Shown here: positions 60,894-64,000 of the stretch, in pieces | Layout: the number at the start of each line of letters is the position of its first letter | Position numbering within the stretch: position 1 is the stretch's first letter | IMG/VR virus record: IMGVR_UViG_3300024297_000001 | Origin: a virus | Taxonomy: Duplodnaviria > Caudoviricetes | Strand: one strand, 5' to 3' | Length of the DNA: 64,000 nt | Made by a program: the position numbers and the translations under genes | The notes under the pieces: model-generated | Database searches by the model: none | What the model saw: only the letters and a program-made list of their open reading frames with translations | Told to the model about the DNA's origin: nothing

Positions 60894-61826
60894 TTAAAAT
60901 CCTACGTATCCTATGTGATTATAATCAACTACCTCTTTTAAAATTGCTTCTTCGAAACTTAAAAGGTCGCGATTTTCATCTTTTAGTTTATCTAATAGTT
61001 CAACTGTACTATGTTGTTTATCGTTATTTTTGCTTTTAAGGCCCAAACTTGGACGAACTACTTCGTTCAAGTAATCATAATGTTGCCAATGACTTGGGTG
61101 TGGTTCCATCCAATCTTCATTTGTATTTGGGTCGTAAAAATCATAATGTTTTTCTTTACGTTTCCAAGCAAACAACCCTAAAGGTTCTAACCAATTTGTT
61201 TTGTCTATGTTTTCGTAAACTTTTAATTCAGGTCTTTCTTTATATACATCAACAGTATCAGTTGGTGTTTCTCCAAAGTCATTTATGTTTGGCATGTCTG
61301 TACCTAACTTATTCATATGTCCAATACTTGTCATACGCCATGTACAACCTGTGCTTTCTAATAATCCTTGTGTAAGTATTATTGCATTTTGTCCGTGCAT
61401 ATAATAACTATGTTCGTCCCAGAATGTATTAATCCAGTCGTCATTATAGCAAACTTCTCTATTCATGTAATTAAAAATACTGCCTTTAGTTTTCCAACCT
61501 ATTTCGTCAGTGTTTCTAATTGCATCGCCTCGCTTACCTTTAAACTCTACAGTTCTAAAAGTATGCCAGTCGTTACGTGTATGTGTACTCCATTGTACAA
61601 TTACTGTATCGTCTTTTGTAAGATTGTTTTTTACGTGGCATTCTGCAACACGTTCTGCAATAGCACGATTGCCTAAACCAGGAAAGCCCCAGTTCTCATA
61701 ATGATCGAATTCATAACCTAAGAAATCAGCATACGTTGGCCACGCATACATGGTAAAACTACAACCAAATACAAATAGTCTATTCTTTTTGTTCTGGTGC
61801 TTCTGGGATTTCAACTCTTGTTCCAT
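60894..61826 (-). CDS. SGNH/GDSL-like protein
   Basis: LFVFGCSFT, NWGFPGLGN and a distal EPHP. Confidence 0.6.
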   Translation of the reverse strand: MEQELKSQKHQNKKNRLFVFGCSFTMYAWPTYADFLGYEFDHYENWGFPGLGNRAIAERVAECHVKNNLTKDDTVIVQWSTHTRNDWHTFRTVEFKGKRGDAIRNTDEIGWKTKGSIFNYMNREVCYNDDWINTFWDEHSYYMHGQNAIILTQGLLESTGCTWRMTSIGHMNKLGTDMPNINDFGETPTDTVDVYKERPELKVYENIDKTNWLEPLGLFAWKRKEKHYDFYDPNTNEDWMEPHPSHWQHYDYLNEVVRPSLGLKSKNNDKQHSTVELLDKLKDENRDLLSFEEAILKEVVDYNHIGYVGF

Positions 61827-62763
61827 CTTTAACCATACTGTTCACTGACTTAACAACTAAATCTTCTATAGTGTCATTCATTGCCATAATACCTTCATTA
61901 GTTCTGTCAGACCATTCATCTATTGTAATCCTAATAGGACTATAAACTCTTGCACCTTCGCCCATGTCAAGGATGTCAAACTTAGGATTTTCAGGATAAG
62001 AAATATTTTCTTTGAATGTTGAACCAACAACAATAGTTGCTGAACAATCTAAAGCATTAACAATATGTCCGCCTACACTATCACAACCTAAGAAGTGATC
62101 TGCGGCTTGAATAATTCCACACCAGAATCTTAAATCAATGTTTTGTGGAATAGCAACAGGTGCTTTTACACCATGCTTCTGGAACTCAATAGCAATTTCA
62201 CTCATAAAGATTACACCAAAGTCTTTAGAAAGTTTTTTAACAATGTTTACTACGTTCTCTGGATCAAAACTTCTTCCGCTTGGATCACCAATCATTCCGT
62301 TTTCGTTAACAGTTCCTCTACCAAATGGTTGGAACACAATTACTTTATCTTTTTTAGTTTTTTCTTTTACTTCTTGAATTAACTTAACACCTGACATTGC
62401 TTCTTGTTGGCTAAGTTTAATTGTAGGTCTTGGTAAATCTCTTACACCTTTATTATTAATTTCAATGTCATAACACTGTCCTAAAGACGCTTTCTGATTA
62501 TAATATTCCCATACTCTATATGGTTCAGGTGTTTTTAATTCACGATCAATTAACTTATCTTCAAATAAGTTTTTGTGAAATACATCGTATGCTTTTTTGT
62601 GTAGTACAGGGTGTCCTTTATAAAAGTCCATTCCTCCTTCACATACGATAATAAAATCGTCATCTGGGTTTTCTTTATGATAGAGTTCTAAAGCAGGAAT
62701 ACTTGTAATAACTCTGCCTGCTCCACCGTTAATAAAAAATGCTGTGTTTCGTTTTGTTGACAT
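61780..62763 (-). CDS. GT9 (heptosyltransferase-like) glycosyltransferase
   Basis: GGAGRVITSIPAL, FQPFG and FLGCDSVGGHIVNAL. Confidence 0.75.
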   Translation of the reverse strand: MSTKRNTAFFINGGAGRVITSIPALELYHKENPDDDFIIVCEGGMDFYKGHPVLHKKAYDVFHKNLFEDKLIDRELKTPEPYRVWEYYNQKASLGQCYDIEINNKGVRDLPRPTIKLSQQEAMSGVKLIQEVKEKTKKDKVIVFQPFGRGTVNENGMIGDPSGRSFDPENVVNIVKKLSKDFGVIFMSEIAIEFQKHGVKAPVAIPQNIDLRFWCGIIQAADHFLGCDSVGGHIVNALDCSATIVVGSTFKENISYPENPKFDILDMGEGARVYSPIRITIDEWSDRTNEGIMAMNDTIEDLVVKSVNSMVKDGTRVEIPEAPEQKE

Positions 62764-62793
62764 TATATTTTATAGTTCCTTTTATGCAATTAC

Positions 62794-63627
62794 TTATTGT
62801 GTAGTTGGTTTTGTTTCGTCATTCGTGACATAGTCCCAAAAGAAGTGTTGTTGTCCTGTGCGTGGTACTTGTACTACCCACTTGCCATCAACTAATACTC
62901 CGCTCGGACTACTTGTTGGTAAGTCTTCTCTTTCACCAAACTTATCACAGCAACTATCGACAGTAATAATAGGAATACCATATTGTGAACTCATCATACG
63001 TAGGTGTACGTCATGCCATTCCATCCATAAACTGTCTTGACTGTTTCCTCTATCTCCATTTGTAGCATGTAATATAACTTCTACTTGATGTATACTTGCC
63101 ATTAATGGTAGACTTGGTGCGTTAAATCTAAATCCATTACCCCAAAAATCATTACATATCATTCCGCATGTTCTCACACCGTCAAGATAATGTGTTTTAG
63201 TTGTTCCTGGTGGATCTGCTAATACTTGATCCCAACTATGATGTGGACTATCTTCCCCACCAACGATATATTGTTTGTTAGTTGCTCCAAGTAATTCGCC
63301 TTGTTTATCGTAATATCTAATTTGATTTTTTCTAATACTTCCTCTATGCTCAACATCAACCCATAATGTACCAAGTGCAATACCCATTCCTTTTGAGTTT
63401 GCATGTGTAATTACTCTGTATGCAGATTTGGCTAAATCAGGCATACCATTTTCTAATACTAAATCAAAGTTTGGAAAATAACCTGATAGTGAACCTTCAG
63501 GTGTTAGTAACCAGTCGCAGTTATTTTCTGCGGCCCAGTCAATTGCCTTAATGATACTTGCTTCATTCTTTTCAAGATTCTGTGTTACAGGTATTTGAGC
63601 ACCCGCAAATCTAACTGTATTACTCAT
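62794..63627 (-). CDS. Carbon-nitrogen hydrolase (nitrilase family)
   Basis: Glu-Lys-Cys triad: TPEGSLSGY, NKQYI and ICNDFW. Confidence 0.88.
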   Translation of the reverse strand: MSNTVRFAGAQIPVTQNLEKNEASIIKAIDWAAENNCDWLLTPEGSLSGYFPNFDLVLENGMPDLAKSAYRVITHANSKGMGIALGTLWVDVEHRGSIRKNQIRYYDKQGELLGATNKQYIVGGEDSPHHSWDQVLADPPGTTKTHYLDGVRTCGMICNDFWGNGFRFNAPSLPLMASIHQVEVILHATNGDRGNSQDSLWMEWHDVHLRMMSSQYGIPIITVDSCCDKFGEREDLPTSSPSGVLVDGKWVVQVPRTGQQHFFWDYVTNDETKPTTQ

Positions 63628-63672
63628 ACAATTATTTAAGTATTGGGTGTAGTGTTTAGTGTGAGATTTGGC

Positions 63673-63999
63673 TTATGCAGTACCGCATGGCGAACGTGGA
63701 ACATCTACTTTCCAAGCCGCATAACGTTGGCATTTGTGAACTTTAAATGTAGCACCTGTACCAGCATCAGCACCGCCGTCTTTTGCTTCGTACGTGAATG
63801 TAGCACCAGCAAATTCTTTTGCCGCTCTTCCTTCTACAATATCTTTACCATCGTTGATTGCTTGGTTACTACTTAAAGTTAAAGCAGTAATAGCACCACT
63901 GTTAACTGTTTTTACTGTAGCAATAAGATGATCAGCAATAATATAATTGTCTAAGTCTGCTTTTGCAAATTTAATTTTGTCACCTACTTCGTAATTAGA
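63673..63999 (-). CDS. C-terminal end of a fibre-like protein (truncated by the window)
   Basis: Manual translation SNYEVGDKIKF..SGAITALTL..GTGATFKV..CGTA, stop at 63673. Resembles the repeats of the 2204-aa protein. Confidence 0.65.
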   Translation of the reverse strand, partial: SNYEVGDKIKFAKADLDNYIIADHLIATVKTVNSGAITALTLSSNQAINDGKDIVEGRAAKEFAGATFTYEAKDGGADAGTGATFKVHKCQRYAAWKVDVPRSPCGTA

Positions 64000-64000
64000 A

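Noticed and set aside
36-63876. The many short ORFs antisense to or nested in long genes (e.g. 36..356, 986..1231, 30499..30828, 34651..35010, 57623..57991, 63643..63876)
   Set aside because: They are shadows of motif-bearing genes on the other strand or frame and have no recognisable motifs or RBS.
1-64000. Stop-codon reassignment
   Set aside because: Known genes are full length under the standard code. TAG ends the terminase (32515) and the cupin (50954), and TGA ends many ATGA-coupled genes.
1-64000. tRNA, rRNA, CRISPR array or long ncRNA
   Set aside because: Intergenic gaps are about 120 nt or less and are explained by promoters and terminators. No spaced direct repeats or cloverleaf motifs were seen.
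1-64000. GANTC (CcrM) or GATC (Dam) avoidance
   Set aside because: Both words occur frequently, for example GAATC at 4-8 and many GATC sites.

Overview
A 64-kb, AT-rich, densely coding slice of a large T4-like (myovirus) phage genome. It carries a replication/recombination module: primase, a 186-aa mini-DnaE, gp62-like clamp-loader subunit, UvsW, UvsY, UvsX, gp32 and dNMP kinase. It also carries a packaging/morphogenesis module: terminase large and probable small subunit, gp4, tail tube, an enlarged tail sheath, gp13/14/15 and a 2204-aa fibre-like protein. Between these lie unusually many glycan-synthesis and tailoring genes: about 8 glycosyltransferase-like ORFs, HldE/HldD plus a GT9, two carbamoyltransferases, an amidinotransferase, a PLP enzyme, several 2OG-Fe(II) oxygenases, two radical SAM enzymes, three methyltransferases, a TupA ATP-grasp, two SGNH-like proteins and a nitrilase. 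Two promoter classes are readable: sigma70-like TTGACW-N17/18-TATAMT before replication/early genes, and TAAATA late-type elements, eight of which sit exactly 5 nt before an SD-less ATG. By eye the window lacks GCWGC entirely and almost lacks AGCT. No tRNA, rRNA, CRISPR array or transposon was seen. All calls come from motif reading only; no database searches or counts were run.
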